Source: a phage
Assembly (NCBI GenBank): GCA_025823825.1
Contig: GCA_025823825.1_4720.1
Direction: 5' to 3' (one strand)
DNA: 64,000 nt
Part shown: positions 1 to 9,265 of the stretch, piece by piece
Layout of the letters: each line of letters begins with the position of its first letter
Position numbering within the stretch: the first letter of the stretch is position 1
The notes under the pieces: generated by a model
What the model saw: the letters and a program-made list of their open reading frames with translations, nothing else
What the model was told of the DNA's origin: nothing
Database searches by the model: none
Translations under genes and position numbers: made by a program

Positions 1-598
1 TTACGTATGGTTTTTCATTGTTTGCGATGAGTTCCGTGTTCAGAAGTTCGAATGCTTTGTGTGGCATCAACACTTCACCGCGGACTTCGATTTTCTGCGG
101 CATTAATGTTCCCATCTTCGATTGCGGTAAAACACCCATTACCGTACGAATATTCGATGTGACATCTTCGCCTTGAACACCATCGCCGCGGGTTACTGCA
201 CGTTGCAACAGGCCATTCTCGTAATGAATCGCAATTGCTAATCCGTCGTATTTAGGTTCGACCAGATATTCAAGAGTGTCTTCTGCTACCCCTAAGGTTT
301 TTGCGATGGACTCCGTCCAATTCCGCAACTCTTCTTCACTGAACAGGTTATCCAAAGACATCATCGGAGACGGATGCTTCACCGTCTCAAAACCATCGAC
401 CGGTGTACCTACACGACGGGTTGGGCTGTTAGGTGAAACCAGGCAGGGATGTTTTGCTTCATATTCCCGTATCGTTTTCACCATGTTGTCGTATTCTTCG
501 TCGGTGTATTTCGGTTCCGCTTTAACATGGTAATAGTAATCAGCTTCAAGGATCGTATCGATGAGTTTAAGATAGTCTAATACGGCAGTGATTTTCAT
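1..598 (-). CDS. ligA: NAD+-dependent DNA ligase, N-terminal adenylation region (partial; gene runs off the window start)
   Basis: Minus-strand translation from ATG at 598-596 gives MKITAVLDYL...SPTRRVG...MMSLDNLF...EYLVEPKYDGLAIAIHYENG; KxDG adenylation motif. Absent from ORF track because no stop inside window. Confidence 0.75.
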   Translation of the reverse strand, partial: MKITAVLDYLKLIDTILEADYYYHVKAEPKYTDEEYDNMVKTIREYEAKHPCLVSPNSPTRRVGTPVDGFETVKHPSPMMSLDNLFSEEELRNWTESIAKTLGVAEDTLEYLVEPKYDGLAIAIHYENGLLQRAVTRGDGVQGEDVTSNIRTVMGVLPQSKMGTLMPQKIEVRGEVLMPHKAFELLNTELIANNEKPYV

Positions 599-906
599 TT
601 ACGTTTACCTTTGTTTCTCTGGCGTTCTTCTCGGCGAGCGAGTGCGTCACGACGACGTTTCTGTCGAACTTCTTCGGGCAACCGACGTTCGAACCAAAAC
701 AGCGGCCAGAAAATCGACCCGAGGGCGATAAAAGGGAATGCTCCCATCATCGCAAAGCAATGTGCTGGAAGCGTGTAGGTTGGGGATTTAATACCGTGCT
801 TATGTAACCCGATGGTCACTGTAACTATTTCAATTAGCCAGCCGGATAAATACAGGCAGCCGAGCATCTGTAGAATCATGTTGTCGTTTCCTCCATACGA
901 AACCAA
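595..906 (-). CDS. small membrane protein with basic C-terminal tail
   Basis: 103 aa ORF, hydrophobic core then R/K-rich tail; ATGA overlap with ligase start. Confidence 0.45.
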   Translation of the reverse strand: MVSYGGNDNMILQMLGCLYLSGWLIEIVTVTIGLHKHGIKSPTYTLPAHCFAMMGAFPFIALGSIFWPLFWFERRLPEEVRQKRRRDALARREERQRNKGKRK

Positions 907-986
907 AAAATTGTCAAAATGTACATCGGCATAACGCCCGTGCCCGCCCGTGATGGGAGGGACACAGGCAATACGCTTTTATTTCA

Positions 987-1619
987 TCAAGACTTCACAA
1001 CGCATTCGACTTCGTCGTTCATATAGGCTTCGTATAAAGACAGTACTTCCTTCATTTTAATTTCAGGTAACGCAACAGAACGAATCGCTTTCAGGATATT
1101 CCGTGTCTGATGATGTTTAACCTTCGCTTCACGTAGTTTACAGAATTGACGGATGCAGGTATTAACTTTACCACCTTCCGCACGTTCGAGGGCGACGTGC
1201 AGTTTCAGATCCAGTAATACTTCCGTGAGTTCCTGGGTGGCAGGATCGTTACGAATAAGTCGCACCGTCCGTTCATCCGGATTCAACATCGTGAGGAACT
1301 GAAGCTTGATCTGTTCAGGTACGGGTTTCGTGTTCATCATGATGGCGTCAAACTGTTCCTTAACATCCAACTCATTGAACACATAACGTTCGATGTGTAC
1401 GACGTGTGCTTTTCCCGACTCACCGTAAATCGCCATCGCACGATAGTCATCGAACAACACAGCATACAACAAATCCTGTTCCGGTCCGATGGTACCATCG
1501 ATGAGCTTCGGGGCGTGTTTCCTAAAGAAGCCGTAGCGAACCGCTTCATCCGGCATGAGCGTCCACGCATTAACGGGCTGTTTTACGAGTTCCATGTAAC
1601 ACCTCATCAAGATTATCAC
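987..1619 (-). CDS. hypothetical protein
   Basis: 210 aa ORF in the minus-strand gene array; true start may be an internal Met. Confidence 0.5.
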   Translation of the reverse strand: MIILMRCYMELVKQPVNAWTLMPDEAVRYGFFRKHAPKLIDGTIGPEQDLLYAVLFDDYRAMAIYGESGKAHVVHIERYVFNELDVKEQFDAIMMNTKPVPEQIKLQFLTMLNPDERTVRLIRNDPATQELTEVLLDLKLHVALERAEGGKVNTCIRQFCKLREAKVKHHQTRNILKAIRSVALPEIKMKEVLSLYEAYMNDEVECVVKS

Positions 1620-1878
1620 TTACGCCAGGCGGTACCACAATACCGGTACGAATCACAGCAGCAACTTCCTGCATGCCCTTACCCTTCAACGCATAGGTTT
1701 CATGTACCACATTACGTCGAGTCGTTAATCCAACAAATTTACATACAACCATGTTGTTTTCTGAAAGATAAGCGGTGTCGAGTTCACCGTGCAACAATTC
1801 TTTTTCTTTGGTATCAATACCTAATAACGCAATTTGATAAGCAGAAAGTTTCCAATAACGCATAATCGTCCTATTCAT
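1570..1878 (-). CDS. hypothetical protein
   Basis: 102 aa ORF; overlaps neighbour by 50 nt so boundaries uncertain. Confidence 0.3.
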   Translation of the reverse strand: MNRTIMRYWKLSAYQIALLGIDTKEKELLHGELDTAYLSENNMVVCKFVGLTTRRNVVHETYALKGKGMQEVAAVIRTGIVVPPGVSDNLDEVLHGTRKTAR

Positions 1879-2698
1879 AAACTATCAAATATTCTGAAAC
1901 CAAGTTTCTTGTTTCTACTTTTGCCGAAATCGTTCTTCGTACAGTTACAGGGTACAATTTTGTCGCCGAACTATAAATCTCTTCAGTCAACGCACAAGCA
2001 CTGTTGCTAATGATTGTAGGAATTCCCCGCGAGCGCAAGTTGTCAGCCTTTTCTGCAAGATAACGATGATCGTCTAATGTAAACCCCTCTTGAGTATAGC
2101 CCGTAAACGATGCGGTGGGGGAAATGGGAATATAAGGAGGGTCGCAATAAACGACGTCACCCGGAACCACCTTTTCAAGATGCTTCTGGAACCCACCACT
2201 TACAATTTCTACCCCCCCCCCCTCGACGAAGGCAGCCTGAAGATGGTTCGCTGCCAGACGCAATTCCTGTTTCGGGAAATAGACGGTCTTATACCGCCCA
2301 TGCGCAACATTAAATAAACCATCACGATTATAACGACATAAGCCATTGAAACCGTAACGGTTTAAATACATGAAGCAAACTGCGCGTTCCCACGGATCTT
2401 CAGCGCGGTTAAAACGTTCACGTATCTCGTAGTAGCTTCTGACGTCGGTAGGATCCGTTTGAAAAAGACGTTCCACTTCTTCGATGAAAGATTCTGGACG
2501 CGCTAGCAACGCAGACCATACTGAGAGAATATCCTCATTCGCATCACCTATCGAATACGCTGGGTACTTAAGAGCAAGCGTAACAGCGCCGGAACCAACG
2601 AATGGTTCAACAAGACGCTTTCCTTTAGGTAACACTTTTTCAATCTCAGGGATAAGCCTGGTTTTGTTCCCAAGCCATTTAAGAAATGTTCTGCTCAT
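1871..2698 (-). CDS. dam: DNA adenine methyltransferase (Dam family)
   Basis: 275 aa; N-terminal WLGNKTRL and FVGSGAV SAM-binding region, catalytic DPPY motif. Confidence 0.85.
   Translation of the reverse strand: MSRTFLKWLGNKTRLIPEIEKVLPKGKRLVEPFVGSGAVTLALKYPAYSIGDANEDILSVWSALLARPESFIEEVERLFQTDPTDVRSYYEIRERFNRAEDPWERAVCFMYLNRYGFNGLCRYNRDGLFNVAHGRYKTVYFPKQELRLAANHLQAAFVEGGGVEIVSGGFQKHLEKVVPGDVVYCDPPYIPISPTASFTGYTQEGFTLDDHRYLAEKADNLRSRGIPTIISNSACALTEEIYSSATKLYPVTVRRTISAKVETRNLVSEYLIVYE
2212..2222. repeat. C11 (G11 on coding strand) homopolymer inside dam CDS
   Basis: Eleven consecutive C on plus strand; encodes E-G-G-G-V in frame of dam. Confidence 0.9.
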
Positions 2699-3113
2699 CG
2701 ATTGGCGTTCCGATAATGTTGATGACTATTTCCGTTCGAACCGGATTGGTCAGTACGGCCTGCATGCGTTCAAGCATTGTTGGGTTATCCGTAACCACCA
2801 CATCGGCGTAACACAACGGATGACTTTCGAATGCTTCGGTGTCACTTACTAACAGAACACCCATCACATTTACGTATTGCGGTATGCGTCCACGGATGCG
2901 TTGCCACATGTCTTGAGTAAGGTCTTCGTTTTCTAATGCCACCACGATGACAGGGCTGATATTTACCGGGAAACGCGGATGCACCGTGCGGCGAAAGGTC
3001 ACCCAGCTTTCGACGTGGGATAATGCAAGTTCGAGAGAACAGCACTTTGGAGAAATCTGTATGTTTATTTGCTGAATCAATGAAAGGGGGTTTTGTACAG
3101 TCGCTTCAGCCAT
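2679..3113 (-). CDS. hypothetical protein
   Basis: 144 aa ORF contiguous with neighbours. Confidence 0.4.
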   Translation of the reverse strand: MAEATVQNPLSLIQQINIQISPKCCSLELALSHVESWVTFRRTVHPRFPVNISPVIVVALENEDLTQDMWQRIRGRIPQYVNVMGVLLVSDTEAFESHPLCYADVVVTDNPTMLERMQAVLTNPVRTEIVINIIGTPIDEQNIS

Positions 3114-4091
3114 TTACTTTTTCCTGAAAATTAATGTTGGTAAGCCGTTTCTTACAGCATAATACAACACTAAGAGGTTAATCTTACCTGCGGATACCGT
3201 AAGCATTTTACGACGACGTGGTAAACTAACCGGTACGGTAGACGCCATCGTTGCGCTGTTCTTGAACGTTTGGGAATAACGTCGCAGCGATGCTTCACCT
3301 AACAATGGAAGGAACAGATCCTCGGTAAGAATATCATCGCAGATATACGTAATCGCAAGTAACGGCGGATTCCACTCGTTCAGGAACTCGAAAATCTCGT
3401 TTGTGATACCCAACGCATTATTAGGAAGCGGAACCTCACGAACGTATTTCTGATTGCCTTTATCCAGCAGGATTCTTGACATACAGTAATCGTGGATTAT
3501 ACCCGCAACATCATCCGCTGTTTCTGCGTTCTGCATCAACGCCTGTGCTTCTTCCCAGGTCAGCTGACGTTTTGTTTCGTAGTAGGTTGGTTTCAAAACC
3601 GCGTAAAAATCGTGGATTAAGCGACCAACATCCCCACGGGTTTTTGTTGCTAACGCGATCGCGTACGCTTTCTTCTCCGCATCCGTTAAGATCTGATTAC
3701 GCCACAGTTCGTATTCGTCTAACAGCTCGGTGTATTTGGCTGTCCATTCAGAGGAAAGATAATAACCAATACTATCAATCATTGCACGTGTTAAAACACC
3801 CAGACGTTCGCGTCTTGGATCGACCGACGGCTCATAAACGAAAGGTAGCTTCGGTTTTTCAAAACCACCGGCTACGACGGTATCTGAAAAAGCGTTAGCA
3901 AAAACACCCATTGGTTTCCATGACGTAAGAAGATCCTGATATAGCATTGGATGAATGTTATTAATCGCAGTGAGTTTGTCATCGAAAAGACTAATGCTTG
4001 GATGTTCAGCATTCGCAAGCTCAAAATAAATTCTTTCGAGCAACGCCTTTACGACATCGCGTGTCTTATCAATTGGGCCAACAGAAGCCAT
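3114..4091 (-). CDS. hypothetical protein
   Basis: 325 aa ORF, no motif recognised. Confidence 0.55.
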   Translation of the reverse strand: MASVGPIDKTRDVVKALLERIYFELANAEHPSISLFDDKLTAINNIHPMLYQDLLTSWKPMGVFANAFSDTVVAGGFEKPKLPFVYEPSVDPRRERLGVLTRAMIDSIGYYLSSEWTAKYTELLDEYELWRNQILTDAEKKAYAIALATKTRGDVGRLIHDFYAVLKPTYYETKRQLTWEEAQALMQNAETADDVAGIIHDYCMSRILLDKGNQKYVREVPLPNNALGITNEIFEFLNEWNPPLLAITYICDDILTEDLFLPLLGEASLRRYSQTFKNSATMASTVPVSLPRRRKMLTVSAGKINLLVLYYAVRNGLPTLIFRKK

Positions 4092-4105
4092 GTAGATTAT
4101 CCTCG

Positions 4106-4372
4106 TTAAAAAGTACCCATGATAGATAGGGCGATATGGTCTTTGTTCGCACGCGCTTGTAACGACATATCGAGACCGCTTTTCTTAATATGCCAACGCG
4201 CCACCAGTTCTGGTTGGTCAACGGAATACAGCCCTTCTCGATGTTGATTCAACCATTTAGCAATCGGATGCAATTTATCAGGATTGACCACACCCAATTC
4301 CAAGCCGCCGGATGTTAGTGGTTTAGAATAAAAGTCAAGTGCGTTCCGTAAAAAGTCATCCTCGATACTCAT
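4106..4372 (-). CDS. hypothetical protein
   Basis: 88 aa ORF. Confidence 0.4.
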   Translation of the reverse strand: MSIEDDFLRNALDFYSKPLTSGGLELGVVNPDKLHPIAKWLNQHREGLYSVDQPELVARWHIKKSGLDMSLQARANKDHIALSIMGTF

Positions 4373-4561
4373 CGCAGCATACCAGCCATGCCAATTACGG
4401 CAAACAGTATACCAACAGCGCTATATGCGAGCAACGCCTTAGCAACCCAAGATTTTATTTCCGTATACTCTTCATTATTCACCACGTTTCACCTCGTTCG
4501 GTTGTTGTCCGATCTCATACCTTTACCTAAGCGTATCCCCGTCGTTAAGACGGGGTGCTTA

Positions 4562-4936
4562 TCACCAGAGACGATTACCTTCCTCGTCCCACCACGCAAT
4601 CGCTTGTGTCGACTCAAATGAGTTAGGACGTAATACCATGCCCTTGCGATCAACGATTAATCGCAATTCCGTACCGAACCATTCAATCGAGATAAACAAA
4701 CCCTTCCGAATGATTGCTTGATAACCTGATAGCCGCTCAAAGAGTCGTTGAAAGATCTCATCATGCGAGCATGATGTTAACGCTTCTGAATAACGCTGCA
4801 TCGATCTTGTATCAACGGGTAAACGTGTTTTACAGTTCCACCACAACACAGCGTACATCAGTGCAGCACTACGCAATCGTAACGATTGAACAGGCGTTAG
4901 TTGTCGTCCTTCAACATCATCGATAATAACATACAT
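4562..4936 (-). CDS. hypothetical protein
   Basis: 124 aa ORF. Confidence 0.4.
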   Translation of the reverse strand: MYVIIDDVEGRQLTPVQSLRLRSAALMYAVLWWNCKTRLPVDTRSMQRYSEALTSCSHDEIFQRLFERLSGYQAIIRKGLFISIEWFGTELRLIVDRKGMVLRPNSFESTQAIAWWDEEGNRLW

Positions 4937-4942
4937 TGCGTC

Positions 4943-5149
4943 TTATTCCGCGTCTGTTTTCTTAACATGGACACATTCCGCATCGATAGTCACGCCAGTA
5001 GAACGATTGGTCTCGTTGGTAGAATCAAATCCGCTGTTGAACAACATTGCGAACGTATTATTATCCATACGAGCAAAGGTCTCCGCAATACGATCGGGAT
5101 GAAAATCGGTGCGGTTGATGGTCGATTTCACAAAAACTCCTATAAACAA
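4943..5149 (-). CDS. hypothetical protein
   Basis: 68 aa ORF. Confidence 0.3.
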   Translation of the reverse strand: MFIGVFVKSTINRTDFHPDRIAETFARMDNNTFAMLFNSGFDSTNETNRSTGVTIDAECVHVKKTDAE

Positions 5150-5171
5150 AAATTAATTATTGATGTTAAAA

Positions 5172-5651
5172 TTAAAGCAGAATCTGCGGACAGCAGCACG
5201 ATTCGTATCCACCTTCGTGCGGTAGTGTATTGCTGGTGTCAGGCCAGACAAGCTGGATACCAGCGACATTACCATATCGAATAACGGCCAACGTCGCGTA
5301 TTCTTTATTAAAGGCTTCGATATCTTCGATTTCGCGCACATCGAGTCGCAAGGTTTCGCCTGTACCTTTCAGGATCATGTTACCATCGAATGCGCCCAAT
5401 GGGATGGTCTTTGTTTTCACCATGAAGTTACCCAGTTTGTTGATTGCTGAACCGAGCGCCGGACAGCAACCAGATACAAAGATTTCCGGCATTCCATGGG
5501 CGGTTAGGCCAACAGTATACATAAAGCCGGGCTCGTCGCTTCCCTCATCAGGAGCGACACTGATAATAGCCCATTGCTTTTTCTCGATATAATCTTCAAC
5601 AAAATCGTCCAGTTTTGAAAAATTGTTATTAAGTTTAACCACGTTACTCAT
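5172..5651 (-). CDS. hypothetical protein, possibly DUF4262-like
   Basis: 159 aa; ISVAPDEG...FMYTVGL...GMPEIFVSG pattern recalls DUF4262 from memory only. Confidence 0.45.
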   Translation of the reverse strand: MSNVVKLNNNFSKLDDFVEDYIEKKQWAIISVAPDEGSDEPGFMYTVGLTAHGMPEIFVSGCCPALGSAINKLGNFMVKTKTIPLGAFDGNMILKGTGETLRLDVREIEDIEAFNKEYATLAVIRYGNVAGIQLVWPDTSNTLPHEGGYESCCCPQILL

Positions 5652-5937
5652 GTTCTTTATCCTTTAATGCGTTTTCTAACCAATGGACATAACTTTCGCG
5701 ATAGACATGTATATGTCCTTTGCCGTCGCGGGAATTAGGGTCGATAAGATGAACTGCAACACACGTTGATGCTGCTGCATGTTGCAGGTGTTTCTGCGTT
5801 AGCCGTCCGAGTTTTGCCCAACGTTTGATAAAGCGCGCATCAGCCGCTAGACACGTTCTATCGTCAACAAAGGGTACCAGCACCTGAACGATACTACCGT
5901 AATACACCATCGAACTGTTGAACATCTGCGTCTCCAT
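5644..5937 (-). CDS. hypothetical protein
   Basis: 97 aa ORF. Confidence 0.4.
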   Translation of the reverse strand: METQMFNSSMVYYGSIVQVLVPFVDDRTCLAADARFIKRWAKLGRLTQKHLQHAAASTCVAVHLIDPNSRDGKGHIHVYRESYVHWLENALKDKEHE

Positions 5938-5955
5938 GCAAATGGATGGGGCGGA

Positions 5956-6264
5956 TTAGTGAAGAATTACCGTTTGCGATCCGTTCTCGTATTCGGTAAG
6001 TAACTCGTCATACCGACGATCGACTACCTTGATTGCATTATCGATCTCTGTCGTGTCTGATACAACAGATCGTTTCGCTTCCAGTCGATATACTAACGCA
6101 TCACGCATACCCTCGGCTGCAGCGAGTTCACAGGTTGCTTGATGTTTATTATCCGAAAAGACGAAGAATGGTTTGTTCTCTTCATCGGCCAGGAAGTAGT
6201 TACGAATCTCAACCAACCTTTCATCTGGAACCAGTTCACATTTGTTTTCGTTCATTTTCATCAT
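5956..6264 (-). CDS. hypothetical protein
   Basis: 102 aa ORF. Confidence 0.4.
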   Translation of the reverse strand: MMKMNENKCELVPDERLVEIRNYFLADEENKPFFVFSDNKHQATCELAAAEGMRDALVYRLEAKRSVVSDTTEIDNAIKVVDRRYDELLTEYENGSQTVILH

Positions 6265-6269
6265 CTCTC

Positions 6270-6602
6270 TTAAAGTTTTAACGTATTGACGCCGCTTATA
6301 AAGGCGTTGATTTCATTGTCAATATTACCAGTTTGCTCGATAATCTTCTCCACGGTCAATCTTGGTTTGTTGTAAGCGATACATACAGCATCGGGACCAT
6401 TTCCATACATGCTCGCGACGTAAATTCGAAGTTCTTTTAAACGATCAAGTAACAACTGTGTGATATCCAGAACTTCTTCTGTGGCGGTCTGTGTGTTGCA
6501 TTCGCGTAACTTGTGTTCTAACAGCGAAGTCGCAGCATCGAGCATGGATGTGTATTTACGGTAGTTATAAATATCAATTATAGCTGTCTGATTCATATAC
6601 AC
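6270..6602 (-). CDS. hypothetical protein
   Basis: 110 aa ORF. Confidence 0.4.
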   Translation of the reverse strand: MYMNQTAIIDIYNYRKYTSMLDAATSLLEHKLRECNTQTATEEVLDITQLLLDRLKELRIYVASMYGNGPDAVCIAYNKPRLTVEKIIEQTGNIDNEINAFISGVNTLKL

Positions 6603-6607
6603 GTTAT

Positions 6608-6976
6608 TTATTTATCGGGGTCTGGAAAATAGTAAAATCGCCAATACAACATAGAAATCGCATTTCTTATTCGATTCGCACGAACACGGCGTCCGAGAAA
6701 GGACTTGTAGCAAGAATCGCAATCCATAAACAACTCATGGCTCGATTTCATCAGAACCACGATATCTCTTATATACGAATTGCAGTACTCGATAAACGGG
6801 TCTGTATCGTACGTATATTTCCTCGCACTACCTATCCCCAACTCTCTATTTAACTCACGACAATTTATCATGAGCTTCACATAACGGATAAGCCGAACGA
6901 AGTCACGTAAATTACGATTAAACCAATATCGATACCAAAATGACTGTATACTCCGAACAGTTCTATTTAACTTCAT
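6608..6976 (-). CDS. hypothetical basic protein
   Basis: 122 aa, R/K/W-rich. Confidence 0.4.
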   Translation of the reverse strand: MKLNRTVRSIQSFWYRYWFNRNLRDFVRLIRYVKLMINCRELNRELGIGSARKYTYDTDPFIEYCNSYIRDIVVLMKSSHELFMDCDSCYKSFLGRRVRANRIRNAISMLYWRFYYFPDPDK

Positions 6977-7604
6977 TGATACCTTCTATTAGTTGTACAG
7001 CAACTTCTTTTTCGGTGCTATAAAAGAACTTGCGGTGGAACTGAACAAGAAGCTTTTCGAATTTACATTGAACGATCTTTTTGCGTTCGATATGACCCAG
7101 GGAGAGCAAAGCACCCATGCAACGTACCGCTTGTTCGAGAACTTGTTTCGCGGTATCGTGATCGTCCGGTAACGGTAAATCTTCCTCATCGTCTTTAGCG
7201 ATAAGGCGTCTGATGATGTTATCGATACGTATCTCATCACCGTTAATAAAAGCCCCCTTCTCCCAGTCATCGAATCGTTGATGGATTCGACGTTGTAAGT
7301 TGGCTCTGTCTTCCATTAACTCTTTCAACTGGCTTTCTAAGTGGGATACGGTACGGCGGTCGGTTTCAGTGAAGTTTTCCGATTCTTTGTACCACCAATC
7401 ATTACGCGATAGTAAATCGTTAACGCGCGAAATCGTCCGACGACACTCACTAACAAGCCCATCACCATTCGGTAGCTCCGTGCCGAAATAGCATTTGTAT
7501 TTATAACGCATAACACGGATTAAACGTTTCGCTAGAAAACCTTGCCTTTCCAGTTTCTTCTTCAGTTGTGTGTATTTCTCTTCTTTTGTTTCCATTAATT
7601 CCAT
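6963..7604 (-). CDS. hypothetical protein
   Basis: 213 aa ORF. Confidence 0.45.
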   Translation of the reverse strand: MELMETKEEKYTQLKKKLERQGFLAKRLIRVMRYKYKCYFGTELPNGDGLVSECRRTISRVNDLLSRNDWWYKESENFTETDRRTVSHLESQLKELMEDRANLQRRIHQRFDDWEKGAFINGDEIRIDNIIRRLIAKDDEEDLPLPDDHDTAKQVLEQAVRCMGALLSLGHIERKKIVQCKFEKLLVQFHRKFFYSTEKEVAVQLIEGINEVK

Positions 7605-7993
7605 GATGTTGTACCTCGTTCAGCAATCAGGAGAGTCGTGGTTGTGCTTTTCACTAATCTATTAAAGTCTTGATATATCCGCCTGAGGGATGGTTTCAAA
7701 TCACAATAACGGCTGAAATAAACCTTCAAGTCATCTTTTGTCACAGTCTCCGTATTTATTTTCGTAGAAACACCGAGATCGATAAACTCTTTTCTTAATT
7801 GGGATAATTCATCAAGAAGTCGATGGTGGCTTAGATAAATAACAGATTTATCGGATAACAACTCGCCGGTTATCCGGCTCTGGCGTTCATCGAAATATTG
7901 GAGCCGCCATTCAATTCGCTTACGTAATTTATCAAGTAAATCAACAAAAGCGGTATAGCTGTTAACGGCTAGGTTAACTTGACTCGTTATCAT
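7595..7993 (-). CDS. hypothetical protein
   Basis: 132 aa ORF. Confidence 0.4.
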   Translation of the reverse strand: MITSQVNLAVNSYTAFVDLLDKLRKRIEWRLQYFDERQSRITGELLSDKSVIYLSHHRLLDELSQLRKEFIDLGVSTKINTETVTKDDLKVYFSRYCDLKPSLRRIYQDFNRLVKSTTTTLLIAERGTTSWN

Positions 7994-8340
7994 TCCACTT
8001 TCTCCGTTATATGCTTTAAACTGTTACGTATACTTTTCAATCGATGGTTAAATCCGGAACGATAACATTTCCGTACATCCCGTGCTGCTCGCGCTTTATT
8101 CGCCTGATGAAGCTGCTCATTCACCTGCGACGCTATACGTAAACGCTCTAATAAAGACCTCAACCGAACGACAACCAACGGCTGTTCTTTTACCTTCTCT
8201 AGTTTGAGTAAAGAGTCAATATGAAACTTTATTTCGATAATCTGATTCCTGTTTTTGCGGTACTGATGAATATACCAACATCGACGAAAATAGGCGATGT
8301 TTAGCATCGGGTAGATCCTTTTCAACGCTACCTCCAACAA
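7990..8340 (-). CDS. hypothetical basic protein
   Basis: 116 aa ORF, ATGA-type overlap with upstream gene. Confidence 0.4.
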   Translation of the reverse strand: MLEVALKRIYPMLNIAYFRRCWYIHQYRKNRNQIIEIKFHIDSLLKLEKVKEQPLVVVRLRSLLERLRIASQVNEQLHQANKARAARDVRKCYRSGFNHRLKSIRNSLKHITEKVE

Positions 8341-8525
8341 TACATCGGATTAGGCGCTTTATGGTATTTATAGATACCTACTTTCTTCTGTCTGCCTTTA
8401 CCCGGGCCTCGTTTAATACGTTTGTTATAAACACGATCCAAATATCGAGTGGTGATACATCGGGATAAATACACCGGATCGATATATTCTAGCGTACCTG
8501 CTTCTGTCACTTCGAGGCATTGCAT
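8328..8525 (-). CDS. hypothetical small basic protein
   Basis: 65 aa ORF. Confidence 0.3.
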   Translation of the reverse strand: MQCLEVTEAGTLEYIDPVYLSRCITTRYLDRVYNKRIKRGPGKGRQKKVGIYKYHKAPNPMYCWR

Positions 8526-8551
8526 GCGTAACCTCTCTTTTCTCTAAAAAG

Positions 8552-8755
8552 TCAGTCCAACATAAGCCACGGCATCGCTTTCGCGATAGAATCCACCGCA
8601 GCATTTGCGATCCTTCGTTCAGTCGTCGGTACCACATGTGCAACGAACCGTTTCCCTTTATTGCAACCTTTCTTGTGTTTTCCTTTGACTAAACGAACAC
8701 CGATCATGTCATTGATAACATGATTTAGTATGTAGCGCTGTAGAGAATTAATCAT
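8552..8755 (-). CDS. hypothetical small basic protein
   Basis: 67 aa ORF. Confidence 0.3.
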   Translation of the reverse strand: MINSLQRYILNHVINDMIGVRLVKGKHKKGCNKGKRFVAHVVPTTERRIANAAVDSIAKAMPWLMLD

Positions 8756-8924
8756 CGCTTTTACTCCAGGCAGAGAAGATTCTCGGTTTTAGTTCTATCT
8801 GTCCGCATATCCAGGTGTATCTCCATTTACCTTTACGAGGACCTTTCTTATTTTTAACACCTATCAGAATACGATAGGGGTATGACCAAGCCATTCTAAA
8901 CTCCTAAAATAAATCTCAATGTTC

Positions 8925-9185
8925 TTAATGCAACCGCTTCTCGAAGTCGGTTTTAAGAAGCATCATTCTTTCATCGATAGTATCCAACGCTTTCAGTAAT
9001 GATTTACGTTGTTCTTTCGTAAGCATTTCAGCTCGAAGACGTTCGTTAATTCCCGCTTTAAGCTGTATAGGAAGGGCTTGTGTAAGCACGCTATCAGCTT
9101 CTATCTCGTAACTATTTTTCGGTGGGGGTAATGCTGCAATAACACCAACGAGATAACAACCGACAATAGTTATCCGTTTATCCAT
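8925..9185 (-). CDS. hypothetical protein
   Basis: ORF-track start at 9251 is a GTG inside a hairpin; first ATG at 9185-9183 (MDKRITIVG) used instead. Confidence 0.35.
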   Translation of the reverse strand: MDKRITIVGCYLVGVIAALPPPKNSYEIEADSVLTQALPIQLKAGINERLRAEMLTKEQRKSLLKALDTIDERMMLLKTDFEKRLH

Positions 9186-9265
9186 TGCTTCTAACAGTTC
9201 AGAACTTACTTCATCCACGATAGTCCTCCGTATTAGGGTGGGCGTACCCACCCTCAGTTGTTACT

